From Escherichia coli O157 typing phage 13, in sequence record KP869111: a stretch of DNA of 64,000 bases; one strand, given 5' to 3'. Shown in pieces: positions 30,540 through 43,494 of this stretch. Both the position numbers and the translations under genes were made by a program. The notes under the pieces were generated by a model. It had not been told where the DNA came from. It searched no databases and worked only from the letters and a program-made list of their open reading frames with translations. The number at the start of each line of letters is the position of its first letter. Position 1 is the first letter of the stretch.

Positions 30540-31027
30540 GTTTTAATAATCCCAATGATTTCATCTCGGGATAATCCATTGATAAGAACGGTTTTCAAAC
30601 CATCGCACTGGATTTTGTATGATTCAAACAATACACACAACTCTTCTGCTGTATGATATGGACTTGAGATTCCGAGACGGTTGAATTTGTCGGTAAGAGG
30701 GTCGCAAATAATGTAGAATTTTATACCTGCGATATGTACGTTTGGTTGACTAATATTAATGAACACATTAGCGTCATATTTAGTCAAATTGTTTTGAAGA
30801 AATTCTACCATGGCATTAACTGCTTCCGGCATTGCTTCACGTTTCTCTTCGGTGTAACGTGTTGAATATTCCTTTTGCTTTAACTTCTTTTTAGCATTTT
30901 TCGCTAGAGTAGTACGAAGGTCCGTAAGATAACCAACTGCACGGCCTTTCTTAAAGACCCGGATTCCATCTGTAGAATCACCAAATGCTGCCACAACCAT
31001 ATCGTTAGTAATCAATTGCATATTCAT
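30527..31027 (-). CDS. alc: Alc-like host transcription termination/inhibition protein
   Basis: 166 aa versus 167 in T4 and the T4 alc position between pseT and rnlA; identity inferred from size and synteny. Confidence 0.65.
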   Translation of the reverse strand: MNMQLITNDMVVAAFGDSTDGIRVFKKGRAVGYLTDLRTTLAKNAKKKLKQKEYSTRYTEEKREAMPEAVNAMVEFLQNNLTKYDANVFINISQPNVHIAGIKFYIICDPLTDKFNRLGISSPYHTAEELCVLFESYKIQCDGLKTVLINGLSRDEIIGIIKTCLK

Positions 31028-31049
31028 AATTTTCTCCTCGTGTTATTGA

Positions 31050-31087
31050 TAAAAGCCATAGTAACACCATCCTTGGTGTTTGTAAAC
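31050..31087 (-). promoter_or_regulatory. T4-type early promoter upstream of alc
   Basis: Minus strand GTTTACaaacaccaaggatggtgtTACTATggcttttatcaa. Confidence 0.5.
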
Positions 31088-31089
31088 CA

Positions 31090-32223
<1,134 letters not shown>

Positions 32224-32235
32224 TCAGTTAGTTTT

Positions 32236-32269
32236 TTTAAATTGTACCACAATCCTTGTGGTATGTAAA
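32236..32269 (-). promoter_or_regulatory. T4-type early promoter upstream of rnlA
   Basis: Minus strand GTTTACataccacaaggattgtggTACAAT. Confidence 0.5.
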
Positions 32270-32680
32270 CTACTTTTTCTTATGTTGGATATTCCAAGGC
32301 GGGTTGAACTTTTTGATAAAAAGCGGTTCTTCAAGGTCCATTGTTGCGATGGTCATTGAACCAAGTTCGTTGGTGACTGAAAGGTCAAAACATTGGCGGG
32401 CCCAGAATTCAACCTTTTTGCCTTGCATTAAGGCATCCAAAATCATAAGTGATTTTCTTGAATCTGAAGTCTGGTCTTTTCGATTTATGGCTGTTCGATA
32501 GTAGTTAATGCGTTTCTTTAAATTCTTGGTTTTACCAATATACACAAGTTCGTCATCTATAGCAATAGCGTATATGACATTTTTCTTATTAGGGACATCA
32601 ACTGTTTTAATTGTTGCATCTTCTAATAGCTCCAATTCTGTATATTTAATAAAGGAATATTCGGCGGCAATATCTTTCAT
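32270..32680 (-). CDS. denA: Endonuclease II (GIY-YIG family)
   Basis: 136 aa as in T4 EndoII; GIY-YIG-like VIYAI...VYIGKT; position between nrdB and rnlA. Confidence 0.85.
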   Translation of the reverse strand: MKDIAAEYSFIKYTELELLEDATIKTVDVPNKKNVIYAIAIDDELVYIGKTKNLKKRINYYRTAINRKDQTSDSRKSLMILDALMQGKKVEFWARQCFDLSVTNELGSMTIATMDLEEPLFIKKFNPPWNIQHKKK

Positions 32681-32706
32681 AATAAAGTGGGACCGAAGTC
32701 CCGTCC

Positions 32707-33882
32707 TTAGAAATATTTTTTGTATGAATTGATTACATTTTGGTCTACATCATTATCAATTTGTGCGACAAGATAAGAACTGATTTCAACTTCCTGAGGA
32801 GCTGCTTGAACTAAATCGGAGTTCAGATATTCACGAATCCAAGGATACGGATGCTTGGTCGGAGCATCAGTGATTGGGCATGGCAAACCACACTGTTTCA
32901 TACGAGACACAGTCAAGTAATCAACAAAAGCACACATACTCTGTGTATTGATACCTGGGCATGTACCTTCTTTAAAGAGGTGTGCAGCCCATTCCTTCTC
33001 TTGACTATTTACTTCCATAAAAATGTCAACTGCTTCTTGTTCACATTCTTTAGCAATTCGAACCCACTCATCGCCATCAGTACCAGATTGAAGTTGACGG
33101 ATAATGTACTGAGTACCCTTGAGGTGGAGTTGTTCGTCACGAGCAATGAACTTCATAATCTTTGCATTACCTTCCATAATTTCCATATTTTTATGGAAGT
33201 TGAAAGTACATGCAAATGATACGTAAAAACGAATAGCTTCTAAGGCATTGATAACATGCAAACAGAGATAAAGAGACTTCATTAAATCACGCTTGGCGTT
33301 AAACATTATTTCTTCGTACATCTCAATATCATTCTGCTGGCATGAGCCTATTGAACACTCATAAACTTCCTTAGCATTTTCCCAACGACGAGTCTTGTCT
33401 AGAACATCATCGTAATATTTACCTATTGATTCGGCTCGTTTCATGATTGCTTCGTCTAATACAATCTCATCAAATACTTTGGATGGATCAGTATAAAGAT
33501 TTCGCATAATATGAGTATATGAACGAGAGTGAATAGTTTCACTGAATGTCCATGTTGCAACCCACGTATCTAATGAAGGGTCGGAAATCAGTGCCATAAG
33601 TACCGCAGATGGGGCCCTGCCTTGGATAGAATCTAATAATGATTGATACTTAAGATTGTTTGTAAAAATGTCCTGTTGGAACTGAGGAAGCTTATTGAAC
33701 TGTGCAGAGTCCAACATCAAGTTTACCTCTTCGGGGCGCCAGAAAAATGACAAGGATTTTTCTATAAGTTCTTCAAAAACTTTATGTCGTTGAATATCGT
33801 AACGTGCAAGACCAAGACCGGAACCAAAGAACATCGGTTCGTTCAAAACATCGACTTGTTGTGTATTAAAAACTGTACTCAT
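32707..33882 (-). CDS. nrdB: Ribonucleotide reductase small subunit NrdB (uninterrupted)
   Basis: 391 aa continuous ORF with di-iron and tyrosyl-radical region; no intron. Confidence 0.95.
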   Translation of the reverse strand: MSTVFNTQQVDVLNEPMFFGSGLGLARYDIQRHKVFEELIEKSLSFFWRPEEVNLMLDSAQFNKLPQFQQDIFTNNLKYQSLLDSIQGRAPSAVLMALISDPSLDTWVATWTFSETIHSRSYTHIMRNLYTDPSKVFDEIVLDEAIMKRAESIGKYYDDVLDKTRRWENAKEVYECSIGSCQQNDIEMYEEIMFNAKRDLMKSLYLCLHVINALEAIRFYVSFACTFNFHKNMEIMEGNAKIMKFIARDEQLHLKGTQYIIRQLQSGTDGDEWVRIAKECEQEAVDIFMEVNSQEKEWAAHLFKEGTCPGINTQSMCAFVDYLTVSRMKQCGLPCPITDAPTKHPYPWIREYLNSDLVQAAPQEVEISSYLVAQIDNDVDQNVINSYKKYF

Positions 33883-33936
33883 TATATTTTCTCACTTAGT
33901 TATAACTCATCCATGAGTAAATTATAATCAAAAGTC

Positions 33937-36192
33937 TTAAAGCTTACAAGCAGAGCAATCTTCAGCTTTAGGTGTTTCTAATTCGTAGTCATCTGTACCT
34001 GACCCATCACGAGTGTTATGATAGTAGAGGTTTTTTCCGCCAAAGTACCAGAAGTAAAGCAGATCGTCAAGCATTACCGACATTGGCACTTTACCTTTCT
34101 CAAATACTGCAGGGTCATAGTAAGTATTAGCAGAAGCAGATTGGCACACCCATTTCAACATGATAGCAACTTGGGTCAAATAAGGTTTATTACCTTTCTT
34201 AGCAAGTTTCCACGCATAGTCGTAAAGACTCATGTTATGTTCGATATTAGGAACAACCTGTCGGAAGTTGCCTTCTTTAGATTCTTTAATACTTACTGGA
34301 CCGCGTGGTGGCTCAATCCCGTTTGTAGAGTTTGATACTTGACTGCTTGACTCACAAGGCATGAGTGCAGACAACGTTGAGTTACGAATTCCATGTTCTT
34401 TGAGTTCAGCTCGAAGTTCTTCCCAGTCACAGACGTAGTTCGGGGCTGCGATTTGGTCAATCTTTTTATTGTACCAGTCGATAGGTAATTCGCCTCTAGA
34501 CCATTTAGTGTCTGAATAATACTCGCAACATCCTTTTTCTTTGGCGAGTTTGATTGATGCTTTGATAAGGCCATATTGCAATCTCTCAAACAATTCATGA
34601 GTCAAATCGTTAGCGTCTTCATATGAAGCGAAGTTAGAAGCTAACCATGCGGCATAGTTCGTAACACCGACACCGAGGTTTCGACGCTTTTTAGCTTTTA
34701 AAGCTTCTGGAACCGGATAATCTTGATAGTCTAACAGGTTATCAAGTGCACGTACTTGTACTTCAGCAAGTTCATTAATTTTATCTTGGTCTTGCCAATC
34801 AAATTTATCTAATACAAAAGCAGATAATGTGCATAAACCAATTTCAGCATCAGGACCATTCACATCATTAGTTGGAATAGCGATTTCACAACATAAGTTA
34901 CTCTGACGAATTGGAGCTTTTTCACGAATAAATGGAGTGTAGTTGTTCGTGTTATCAACGAATTGTGGATAAATTCGAGCAGTACCAGAGCGTTCAGTCA
35001 TGAACAATTCAAAGAGTTCTAGTGCTTTGATTCTTTTCTTTCTGATTGACGGGTCTTTTTCAGCTTTCTCATAAAGCTCACGGAATTTATCTTGATCTTC
35101 AAAGAACGAGTAGTATAGTTCGCCTGACATTTCGTGAGGGCTAAATAAAGTAATATAATCATTTTTACCAAGGCGTTCCATCATAAGGTCATTAATCTGA
35201 ATTCCGTAGTCCATATGTCGAATACGGTTTTCATCCACGCCTTTGTTATTTTTCAGAACTAATAGGTTCTCTACTTCTAAGTGCCACATCGGATAATACG
35301 CTGTAGCAGCACCACCACGAATACCACCTTGAGAACAAGATTTTACTGCAGTTTGGAAATGTTTCCAGAATGGAATAACACCTGTATGTCGAACTTCACC
35401 CATACCAATCTTAGAACCTTCTGCACGAAGCATACCAACGTTGATACCAATACCAGCTCGTTTAGAAATATATTCAATAATTGATGCTGAAGTTTTGTTA
35501 ATAGATTTTAACGAATCACCGGCTTCAATAACTACACAACTAGAGAACTGGCGAGTTGGAGTACGAGCACCTGCCATAATTGGAGTAGGCAATGAAACTT
35601 GATGAGTAGAAACGGCGTCATAAAAACGAATAATATGTTTCAAACGGTCATGAGTTTCGTCTTGATGTAAGGCCATGCCAATAGCCATGATAGCAAACTG
35701 TGGAGTTTCATAAATCTTCCCAGTTGTTTTATCTTTAACTAGATATTTTTCTTTAAGCTGCATAGCACCAGCATAAGTCAGGTCAAAGTCTCGTTCATGT
35801 TTAATCTGTGAATCGAGATAAATGATTTCTTCTGCTGAATATTGAGACAACAGCTCAGGGTCATATTTGCCTTCATTAACACAGTAAGAAATATGGTCGA
35901 TAAAAGCAGGCGGTTCAAACTGCCCATATACATCTTTACGAAGTGCAAACATTAGCCCTTTGGCGGCGACATACTGATAATCAGGTTCTTCGACAGAAAT
36001 CGAGTTAGCTGCAACTTTAATACAAATCTTCTGAATATCTTTGGTGCTCATCCCATCGACAAGATGGGTCTTAATTTCTTCGTACAATTCATATGGGTCA
36101 ATTTGTGTTCCTTCACACTGCCAAGTTAAGACTTGAATAATTTTCTGTGCATCAAAATTTTGGGATACCCCACTGCTCTTAATTACTTGCAT
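33937..36192 (-). CDS. nrdA: Ribonucleotide reductase large subunit NrdA
   Basis: 751 aa versus 754 in T4; ATP-cone N-terminus and C-terminal Cys pair. Confidence 0.95.
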   Translation of the reverse strand: MQVIKSSGVSQNFDAQKIIQVLTWQCEGTQIDPYELYEEIKTHLVDGMSTKDIQKICIKVAANSISVEEPDYQYVAAKGLMFALRKDVYGQFEPPAFIDHISYCVNEGKYDPELLSQYSAEEIIYLDSQIKHERDFDLTYAGAMQLKEKYLVKDKTTGKIYETPQFAIMAIGMALHQDETHDRLKHIIRFYDAVSTHQVSLPTPIMAGARTPTRQFSSCVVIEAGDSLKSINKTSASIIEYISKRAGIGINVGMLRAEGSKIGMGEVRHTGVIPFWKHFQTAVKSCSQGGIRGGAATAYYPMWHLEVENLLVLKNNKGVDENRIRHMDYGIQINDLMMERLGKNDYITLFSPHEMSGELYYSFFEDQDKFRELYEKAEKDPSIRKKRIKALELFELFMTERSGTARIYPQFVDNTNNYTPFIREKAPIRQSNLCCEIAIPTNDVNGPDAEIGLCTLSAFVLDKFDWQDQDKINELAEVQVRALDNLLDYQDYPVPEALKAKKRRNLGVGVTNYAAWLASNFASYEDANDLTHELFERLQYGLIKASIKLAKEKGCCEYYSDTKWSRGELPIDWYNKKIDQIAAPNYVCDWEELRAELKEHGIRNSTLSALMPCESSSQVSNSTNGIEPPRGPVSIKESKEGNFRQVVPNIEHNMSLYDYAWKLAKKGNKPYLTQVAIMLKWVCQSASANTYYDPAVFEKGKVPMSVMLDDLLYFWYFGGKNLYYHNTRDGSGTDDYELETPKAEDCSACKL

Positions 36193-36279
36193 ATATTCCT
36201 CAGTATAGGTTGATAGACATTACTCCAAACGGGATAGTATTTATCCCGTTAATTTATTATACACTTTTAAACTGAAGCG

Positions 36280-36534
36280 TTAATTATCCTCAGCAATAAT
36301 TTCTTTGTATTCTTTAGGAGTCAAGACCGTAATATCGAAATAAACCAATGGTTCTTTTTCCATACCGTAACCACCACAAAATTCACGATATTCATAAATT
36401 CGTTCATGTGAATAACAAATGAATCGTTCACCTTTAACTGTGATTTCACTATTTGGTGAAGGGATATCCAGTTCACTTGGATTTTTCATTTCAAAAATTG
36501 TGGTGCCATATGAATTAATAAAACGTAAAATCAT
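36280..36534 (-). CDS. Hypothetical 84-aa protein between td and nrdA
   Basis: ORF abutting the td stop; T4 nrdA.1 position. Confidence 0.5.
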   Translation of the reverse strand: MILRFINSYGTTIFEMKNPSELDIPSPNSEITVKGERFICYSHERIYEYREFCGGYGMEKEPLVYFDITVLTPKEYKEIIAEDN

Positions 36535-38218
<1,684 letters not shown>

Positions 38219-38227
38219 TGTATTTCC

Positions 38228-38470
38228 TCAAACAGACTTTTTCACAATTTTCCAATCAGCTTTAAATTGGTCGACATCCGAGTGATAAATCCAGAATCCG
38301 GATGATATACCATCTTCGTAGAGTGGACATCCATCACATTCTTCATTCCATCCCATTTCACGTAAAGCTTCTTCAGCTTGTTCAAGGAGTTCAGCATCTT
38401 TACCAACGACGTTGAAGTACCATTTACCTCTAACTTCTGAATCTTTGATGCTCTGGCGTTGCAATCTCAT
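38228..38470 (-). CDS. Hypothetical 80-aa protein (frd.2 position)
   Basis: ORF with SD GAGGAG and early promoter upstream. Confidence 0.5.
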   Translation of the reverse strand: MRLQRQSIKDSEVRGKWYFNVVGKDAELLEQAEEALREMGWNEECDGCPLYEDGISSGFWIYHSDVDQFKADWKIVKKSV

Positions 38471-38493
38471 TTTATTCTCCTCTTCACTTTTAT

Positions 38494-38533
38494 TTGATAG
38501 GACTACTATAACATAGCCCTATCTTGTTATAAA
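38494..38533 (-). promoter_or_regulatory. T4-type early promoter, near-identical to plus-strand copy at 43158
   Basis: Minus strand GTTTATaacaagaTAGGGCTAtgtTATAGTAGTCCTAtcaaa. Confidence 0.5.
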
Positions 38534-38926
38534 CTACTTTTTAAAAGTTTTTTGCAAAAGTTTGATGATTTCGTCGACGTTGGTTTCATCTACGATACAA
38601 TGGATTTTTGTTACACCTAAAGTTATACCTTCGTTAGTAGGTTGAGGCTTTACTAAATCTACCTCAGTAAAGTATTTGAACTCGTCAGGATAAATCTCAA
38701 AATAAGTTTCAATTTCACCACCGGCAGAACATACAGTACCATCTTCCATAGTTACACTTACTACGTTTGACATATCGCTATCATAATCAGGTTCCATTCC
38801 GTTTACAACAAAACTAGGCCCGTGGAGTTCAATCAATTTTAACATCTTAGCGTTATTGTGTGGTGCTTCTTGAACAAAGTCATCTTTAAATAAAGGGTTA
38901 ATGATATAAGATTTTCCGATTTCCAT
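38534..38926 (-). CDS. Hypothetical 130-aa protein (frd.3 position)
   Basis: ORF with SD and early promoter upstream. Confidence 0.5.
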   Translation of the reverse strand: MEIGKSYIINPLFKDDFVQEAPHNNAKMLKLIELHGPSFVVNGMEPDYDSDMSNVVSVTMEDGTVCSAGGEIETYFEIYPDEFKYFTEVDLVKPQPTNEGITLGVTKIHCIVDETNVDEIIKLLQKTFKK

Positions 38927-38947
38927 TTTGATTTCCTCATGTTGTTG

Positions 38948-38984
38948 ATAAGTCTATACTAACACATCCAGGGAAGAAGTAAAC
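38948..38984 (-). promoter_or_regulatory. T4-type early promoter
   Basis: Minus strand GTTTACttcttccctggatgtgtTAGTATagacttatcaac. Confidence 0.5.
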
Positions 38985-39010
38985 AACTTTTTTTGGCAAT
39001 TTACAGATAC

Positions 39011-39034
39011 TCAAAAGGGAGACCGAAGTCTCCC
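39011..39034 (-). terminator. Rho-independent terminator after gene 32
   Basis: GGGAGAC-UUCG-GUCUCCC followed by UUUUG on the minus strand, just after the gp32 stop. Confidence 0.6.
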
Positions 39035-39040
39035 AATTTA

Positions 39041-39940
39041 TTATAGACCAGCTAACAGGTCATCGAGGTCGCCATCGTCAGAAGACGAGGAACTCATGAA
39101 GTCATCTTCAGTTTTTGCAGAACTAAAGGCTTCCATGTCTTTATCAAAATCGTCAAGGTCAGAAGCAACTTTATCTGCAACAGAAGCTGCGGCAGCTGCT
39201 GCACCGCCCAGAGCGGCAGTACCAAGAACTTGATTAAATTTAGTATTCAATTCTTCAAACGATTTGAACTTATCTTTAGAAGTCATTTCAGAAAGGTCAA
39301 CCATTTGTTCGAACAATTCTTTCTGGAAAGATTCATCATCAATGTTTGGAATCGCAGATTGATTCAGGAATTTAGATTCGTCGTAGTTACTGAAACCAGA
39401 AACCTGTTTAACTTTCAGCACAAAGTTAGCACCTTCCCATGGGCAAGTTACATCAACAGGAGTTTCACCCATTTCAGTATCAACTGCAATCATTGCATTG
39501 ATTTTGTCCCAAATCTTTTTACCAAAACGGTATTTGAATACTTTACCTTCATTATCTGGAGCTTGAGGGTCTTTAACAACCAGAATATTAGCCCAATAAG
39601 AAGTTTTACGTTTCAGTTGAGAATATTCAGTTTTGTTGGTATTGTACAGGTCATTTTTACTAATGTACTGACATACAGGACAAGAGTCATAATCGCCGTG
39701 TGTAGATGAACAGGTTTCAATATACCATTTGCCATTTTTCTTGAACCCGTGGTTAACAAGAATTGCAAATGGAAGTGCGTCATCTGTTTTTGCCGGCAGG
39801 AAACGAATTACCGCTTGACCATTACCGGATGCGTCGAGTTTCAGCTTCCATTCACCTTTATCTTCTGAAGAGAAACCTTTGTTACCATTCAGTTTAGCCA
39901 TCTGAGCAGCGAGGTCAGCAGTAGATTTACGTTTAAACAT
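39041..39940 (-). CDS. 32: Single-stranded DNA-binding protein gp32
   Basis: 299 aa versus 301 in T4; zinc-binding region and acidic Ser/Asp-rich C-terminal tail. Confidence 0.95.
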   Translation of the reverse strand: MFKRKSTADLAAQMAKLNGNKGFSSEDKGEWKLKLDASGNGQAVIRFLPAKTDDALPFAILVNHGFKKNGKWYIETCSSTHGDYDSCPVCQYISKNDLYNTNKTEYSQLKRKTSYWANILVVKDPQAPDNEGKVFKYRFGKKIWDKINAMIAVDTEMGETPVDVTCPWEGANFVLKVKQVSGFSNYDESKFLNQSAIPNIDDESFQKELFEQMVDLSEMTSKDKFKSFEELNTKFNQVLGTAALGGAAAAAASVADKVASDLDDFDKDMEAFSSAKTEDDFMSSSSSDDGDLDDLLAGL

Positions 39941-40019
39941 TATATTTACCTTTATTTAGATTATTTAATTTATTTACAGTTGGTTGCTACGACACTTATA
40001 CCTCGTAGCTGGTATGTTT
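39941..40019 (-). promoter_or_regulatory. Gene 32 mRNA leader (autoregulatory translational operator region)
   Basis: Minus strand has stem GCUACGA...UCGUAGC followed by AU-rich tract with repeated UAAAUAA motifs up to the ATG, as in the T4 gene 32 operator. Confidence 0.5.
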
Positions 40020-40027
40020 TATTTATA
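40020..40027 (-). promoter_or_regulatory. Late promoter TATAAATA upstream of gene 32
   Basis: Exact TATAAATA on the minus strand about 80 nt upstream of the gp32 ATG. Confidence 0.45.
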
Positions 40028-40056
40028 CGGTAATTCTAACATAGATAAAATAAAGC

Positions 40057-40710
40057 TTAATACTTACATGATTTGATTGTTTCTATGAACAATTTCTTAG
40101 CAGCATTTCCATCGATTTGAAGTATTTTTCGATATGCCTTTAATTTAGTAGAATAATTTTGCCAGACTAAGTTATCGGTGAGTTCGTCGTGCTTATCTAT
40201 AATATTCAAAAATGAGTCCAACAATAAGAAAGTCTCAAATGAAATTATATTGCTTTGTAGCAATTTGAATATGTAGCTCGTCTGAACGTTGTTATTATAA
40301 TCAAATATCTCTTGAAGCGCACTAACTTCAACTTTCTTACTGAAATAGTAGATGTTACGTACGTCTTCAGCAAACGTCTCTTTAGCTTGTTTGAGACGTC
40401 CAATATATTCCCTATAGAAAACTAATGCATCAGCGTCTGATATCTCACCAATCCATGCGTCTTGGTTAGCAACTAAGTTGCTTATGAATATCAAGGTGAG
40501 TTCCTTCAATTTATATTTCTCTGCTAGTTTTTCAAAGAAATATTTATCTCGGCGTTTTTGATACGCATTATCCGAAACACGCATGCACCAGTTATATTTG
40601 ATTACGTCATACCGACCATTAAAATGTTGTTTGCACATCAAGTATAGTTTGTATACCGATTTTCCGTTAATATAACGTTCTCCATCAGGAGGCATGCGTA
40701 TTTTAATCAT
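40057..40710 (-). CDS. 59: Helicase loader gp59
   Basis: 217 aa as in T4; position upstream of gene 32. Confidence 0.92.
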   Translation of the reverse strand: MIKIRMPPDGERYINGKSVYKLYLMCKQHFNGRYDVIKYNWCMRVSDNAYQKRRDKYFFEKLAEKYKLKELTLIFISNLVANQDAWIGEISDADALVFYREYIGRLKQAKETFAEDVRNIYYFSKKVEVSALQEIFDYNNNVQTSYIFKLLQSNIISFETFLLLDSFLNIIDKHDELTDNLVWQNYSTKLKAYRKILQIDGNAAKKLFIETIKSCKY

Positions 40711-41045
40711 AATAAGAAATCTAACGTATTAGTTTTTTCACCACGAGCAACTGATGGGCGAAGCATGTTTTCGTCAATTGCTTCGCTTGTAATTTTTTCA
40801 ACAATTCCTGTAGGAATAAATTTAGCAAATTGTGTTTCTGGAATAGAATTTTCTTCCAAGAAAGCAGTTGTTGCTTCTAAATAAGACATACCAAATTGTT
40901 CAACCATGGATTCGATAATGAATCCGTTTTCTTGTCGGTCAAGCAATTTAGCGATATCATCTTTATCGTGTTTTACTGCTAATTCTTGTTCAGATAAACC
41001 GGCCTCATCAACCGGTTTAATATCACTTAGTGAAAACTGTGTCAT
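40707..41045 (-). CDS. 33: Late transcription co-activator gp33
   Basis: 112 aa as in T4; ATGA overlap with gene 59. Confidence 0.92.
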   Translation of the reverse strand: MTQFSLSDIKPVDEAGLSEQELAVKHDKDDIAKLLDRQENGFIIESMVEQFGMSYLEATTAFLEENSIPETQFAKFIPTGIVEKITSEAIDENMLRPSVARGEKTNTLDFLL

Positions 41046-41292
41046 AAAGCTCGACTACCTCTTCGTTTTCAGCTTCAAATTGGTCACGAGCGTCTTTATG
41101 ATAAAGAGCTAACAAACGATTAAACATTTTTCCATCGACGCCAAGTTCTTCTTTAGCACGAGTACGAATGTCTTTAATCAGTTCATTATAACCAGAAATT
41201 TTAAGTTTGTTATCGGAAGCTTCCTTGACTAGTTTAGCCAGTTCTTCACCATGCACATCTTGATTAAATTCAACTGCTTCTTTCTTAGCCAT
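41023..41292 (-). CDS. dsbA: dsDNA-binding protein DsbA
   Basis: Start trimmed to MAKKEAVEF... (SD GAGGT) giving 89 aa as in T4. Confidence 0.85.
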   Translation of the reverse strand: MAKKEAVEFNQDVHGEELAKLVKEASDNKLKISGYNELIKDIRTRAKEELGVDGKMFNRLLALYHKDARDQFEAENEEVVELYDTVFTK

Positions 41293-41299
41293 GTTTACC

Positions 41300-42217
41300 T
41301 CAGAATTCATTAATTACACTTGTTAATTTAGAAAGACCAGATTTTACAAAATATGAATAAATCTTGCCTTTAGGTTGTTGTTTATATGAGTTATAATACT
41401 CTATAATGGTTGAAGCAATATTATCAGGGATATAATCAAAATCAATGAGAACCAAATTTTCTTGATACCGTTTATATTCTTCTGCACTTAATAATACTTC
41501 AGCTTGAGAACGGTCATTGGCAATTGCTTCAATAATCGATGTTTTCATGCTCGGAGTTCGTTCACCATCAACTCTGGTAAACCAGAAGTCGCCACGAACT
41601 CGAACAGATGCAACACCATCCTTACGGTCACCTTTAAGAATTTTAGTCATGCAATCAATTTCAGCAGAACCGTTCTTAATTTTAACCCATTTTTTCTGTG
41701 GTGGCGACCACTGTTTAACATTAGGATATTTGTGTAATTGTGTAAAGTCACCATCTGATGCAACAATACATACCTTATGACCGGCTAATGACAAATATTT
41801 AGTTAATACACCGATATGGTCATCCGCTTCATACTTGTCAATATCCATTACAACGTATGGCATGTATTTCTTAATCTCATCAACAACTTGATGGAGTGCA
41901 GTAAAATATCCTTCCCAATCCCACTTTGAAGCTTCACGATCGGTTTTACGATTTTTCTTGTAATAGTAAGCAAAATCACGTCGCCAATAACCTGAAGTAG
42001 CATTATCCATACACAATACAAATTTTGTATAGCCTTGCTTACGGAACATCACCACGTTTTTACGAATTGAATTCAAGATTACATGTCGAACCATTGGAAC
42101 AGTAATTTTATCGCCATCTTCAAAGTTGTTTAATGCGGCTGCCAATGCAATGTTACTAAAGTCAGCAAGTGCAATACCTTCTTTGTAATCTTCATCCAAC
42201 ATCATTTCTAAATCCAT
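41300..42217 (-). CDS. rnh: RNase H (5'-3' exonuclease / flap endonuclease)
   Basis: 305 aa as in T4; FEN-family acidic residues. Confidence 0.95.
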   Translation of the reverse strand: MDLEMMLDEDYKEGIALADFSNIALAAALNNFEDGDKITVPMVRHVILNSIRKNVVMFRKQGYTKFVLCMDNATSGYWRRDFAYYYKKNRKTDREASKWDWEGYFTALHQVVDEIKKYMPYVVMDIDKYEADDHIGVLTKYLSLAGHKVCIVASDGDFTQLHKYPNVKQWSPPQKKWVKIKNGSAEIDCMTKILKGDRKDGVASVRVRGDFWFTRVDGERTPSMKTSIIEAIANDRSQAEVLLSAEEYKRYQENLVLIDFDYIPDNIASTIIEYYNSYKQQPKGKIYSYFVKSGLSKLTSVINEF

Positions 42218-42242
42218 ATGAACCTCTTGTTCAGTTAGTCAA

Positions 42243-42279
42243 CTTGTCTATAGTAACACACTCATTTGAAAGCGTAAAC
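42243..42279 (-). promoter_or_regulatory. T4-type early promoter upstream of rnh
   Basis: Minus strand GTTTACgctttcaaatgagtgtgtTACTATagacaagttgac. Confidence 0.5.
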
Positions 42280-42282
42280 TGG

Positions 42283-42290
42283 TATAAATA
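42283..42290 (+). promoter_or_regulatory. Late promoter TATAAATA upstream of gene 34
   Basis: Exact TATAAATA about 30 nt upstream of the gene 34 ATG. Confidence 0.55.
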
Positions 42291-42320
42291 AGTATTATTG
42301 AAACAATAAAGGAAAAACGA

Positions 42321-42966
42321 ATGGCCGACATCAAACGTAAGTTCAGAGCCGAAGACGGTCTGGACGCCGGTGGCGACAAGATTGTTAACGTAGCATTAGC
42401 CGACCGTACAGTAGGTACTGATGGCGTAAACGTTGACTTCCTGGTACAAGAAAACACCGTTCAAGTATATGATTCTACGCGTGGATATAACAAAGGATTT
42501 GTTGTTCTTTATGACAACCGTTTATATCAAGCAATAAATGATATCGTGTCTCCTTCCGGGGCATTTAACCTTTTACAATGGCGTGCAGTTCGTACCGATG
42601 CACAATGGATAACTGTCGCTTCTGGGACTTATCAACTTTCTTCAGGTGAATCTATTTCGGTTAACACTGGTGCCGGCAATGATATGGTTTTCACGTTGCC
42701 AAATACGCCGGTTGATGGTGATACTGTTGTTTTGGCTGATATTGGTGGAAGAACCGGGACAGTTAAAGTACAGATTAACGCGTCTGTGCAGAGTATTTTA
42801 AACTTTAGAGGTGAACAAGTTCGTACAGTTTTAATGACGCGCCCACGTTCACAACTATTGTTTGTGTTTAGTAATCGTTTGTGGCAGATGTATATTACCG
42901 ATTATGGTAAAGAATCAATCACTGTTACACCTGCGACACCATATCAAGCACAAGCAAATGATTTTA
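42321..42966 (+). CDS. 34: Long tail fiber proximal subunit gp34, N-terminal 215 codons only (runs into N-run)
   Basis: MADIKRKFRAEDGLDAGGDKIVNVALADRTVGTDGVNVDFLVQENTVQ... matches the T4 gp34 N-terminus; frame is not continued after the N-run. Confidence 0.85.
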
Positions 42967-43066
42967 NNNNNNNNNNNNNNNNNNNNNNNNNNNNNNNNNN
43001 NNNNNNNNNNNNNNNNNNNNNNNNNNNNNNNNNNNNNNNNNNNNNNNNNNNNNNNNNNNNNNNNNN
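42967..43066. other. Run of 100 N at the junction between the two syntenic blocks
   Basis: Unresolved bases; sequence after it belongs to a different gene and to the opposite T4 orientation. Confidence 0.99.
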
Positions 43067-43125
43067 GCTACTATTGTTATCTCTCCGGCTGAAGAGACCG
43101 CACTGTTTAAAGCTAAGCATATTTC
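43067..43125 (+). CDS. 3' end of an unidentified CDS (possibly the upstream topoisomerase-subunit gene)
   Basis: Open frame from the N-run ending ...ATIVISPAEETALFKAKHISVAQLKIIAKTLL; T4 synteny would put gene 60 here; not verified. Confidence 0.35.
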
Positions 43126-43157
43126 TGTAGCTCAGCTTAAAATTATTGCAAAAACTC

Positions 43158-43187
43158 TTCTGTAAGTAGTTTACATCTTGATAGGGC
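43158..43187 (+). promoter_or_regulatory. T4-type early promoter (palindromic subfamily)
   Basis: GTTTACatcttgaTAGGGCTAtgtTATAGTAGTCCTAtcaaaac. Confidence 0.5.
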
Positions 43188-43226
43188 TATGTTATAGTAG
43201 TCCTATCAAAACAAATAGAGTCCACA

Positions 43227-43466
43227 ATGATTTATTACGAAAGTATCGGAACCAAAGTGGTTGGTAAAACCATTACTCGTGAAAAGTTTGCAAAGATATT
43301 CGATATGCGTTATAAAAAATCTGAACACAAAGGCATCCGATTCGAAGATGCGCACTGTACAATTTGCCCTTATAATGAAGACATAAACGGTACAATCGTT
43401 CCATTGGTAGAGGCTTCACATGATGACCTCTGGGATGAATATAATATCGCATGTCGTGAAATTTAA
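43227..43466 (+). CDS. Hypothetical 79-aa protein
   Basis: ORF downstream of an early promoter. Confidence 0.55.
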   Translation: MIYYESIGTKVVGKTITREKFAKIFDMRYKKSEHKGIRFEDAHCTICPYNEDINGTIVPLVEASHDDLWDEYNIACREI

Positions 43467-43494
43467 GTTAATGAATTAATCCGAGGAAAATATT

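Noticed and set aside
42321-43130. 269-aa plus-strand ORF and the 42862-43092 ORF reading through the N-run
   Set aside because: Translation of N as X artificially links the gene 34 N-terminus to unrelated downstream sequence; only 42321-42966 is gene 34.
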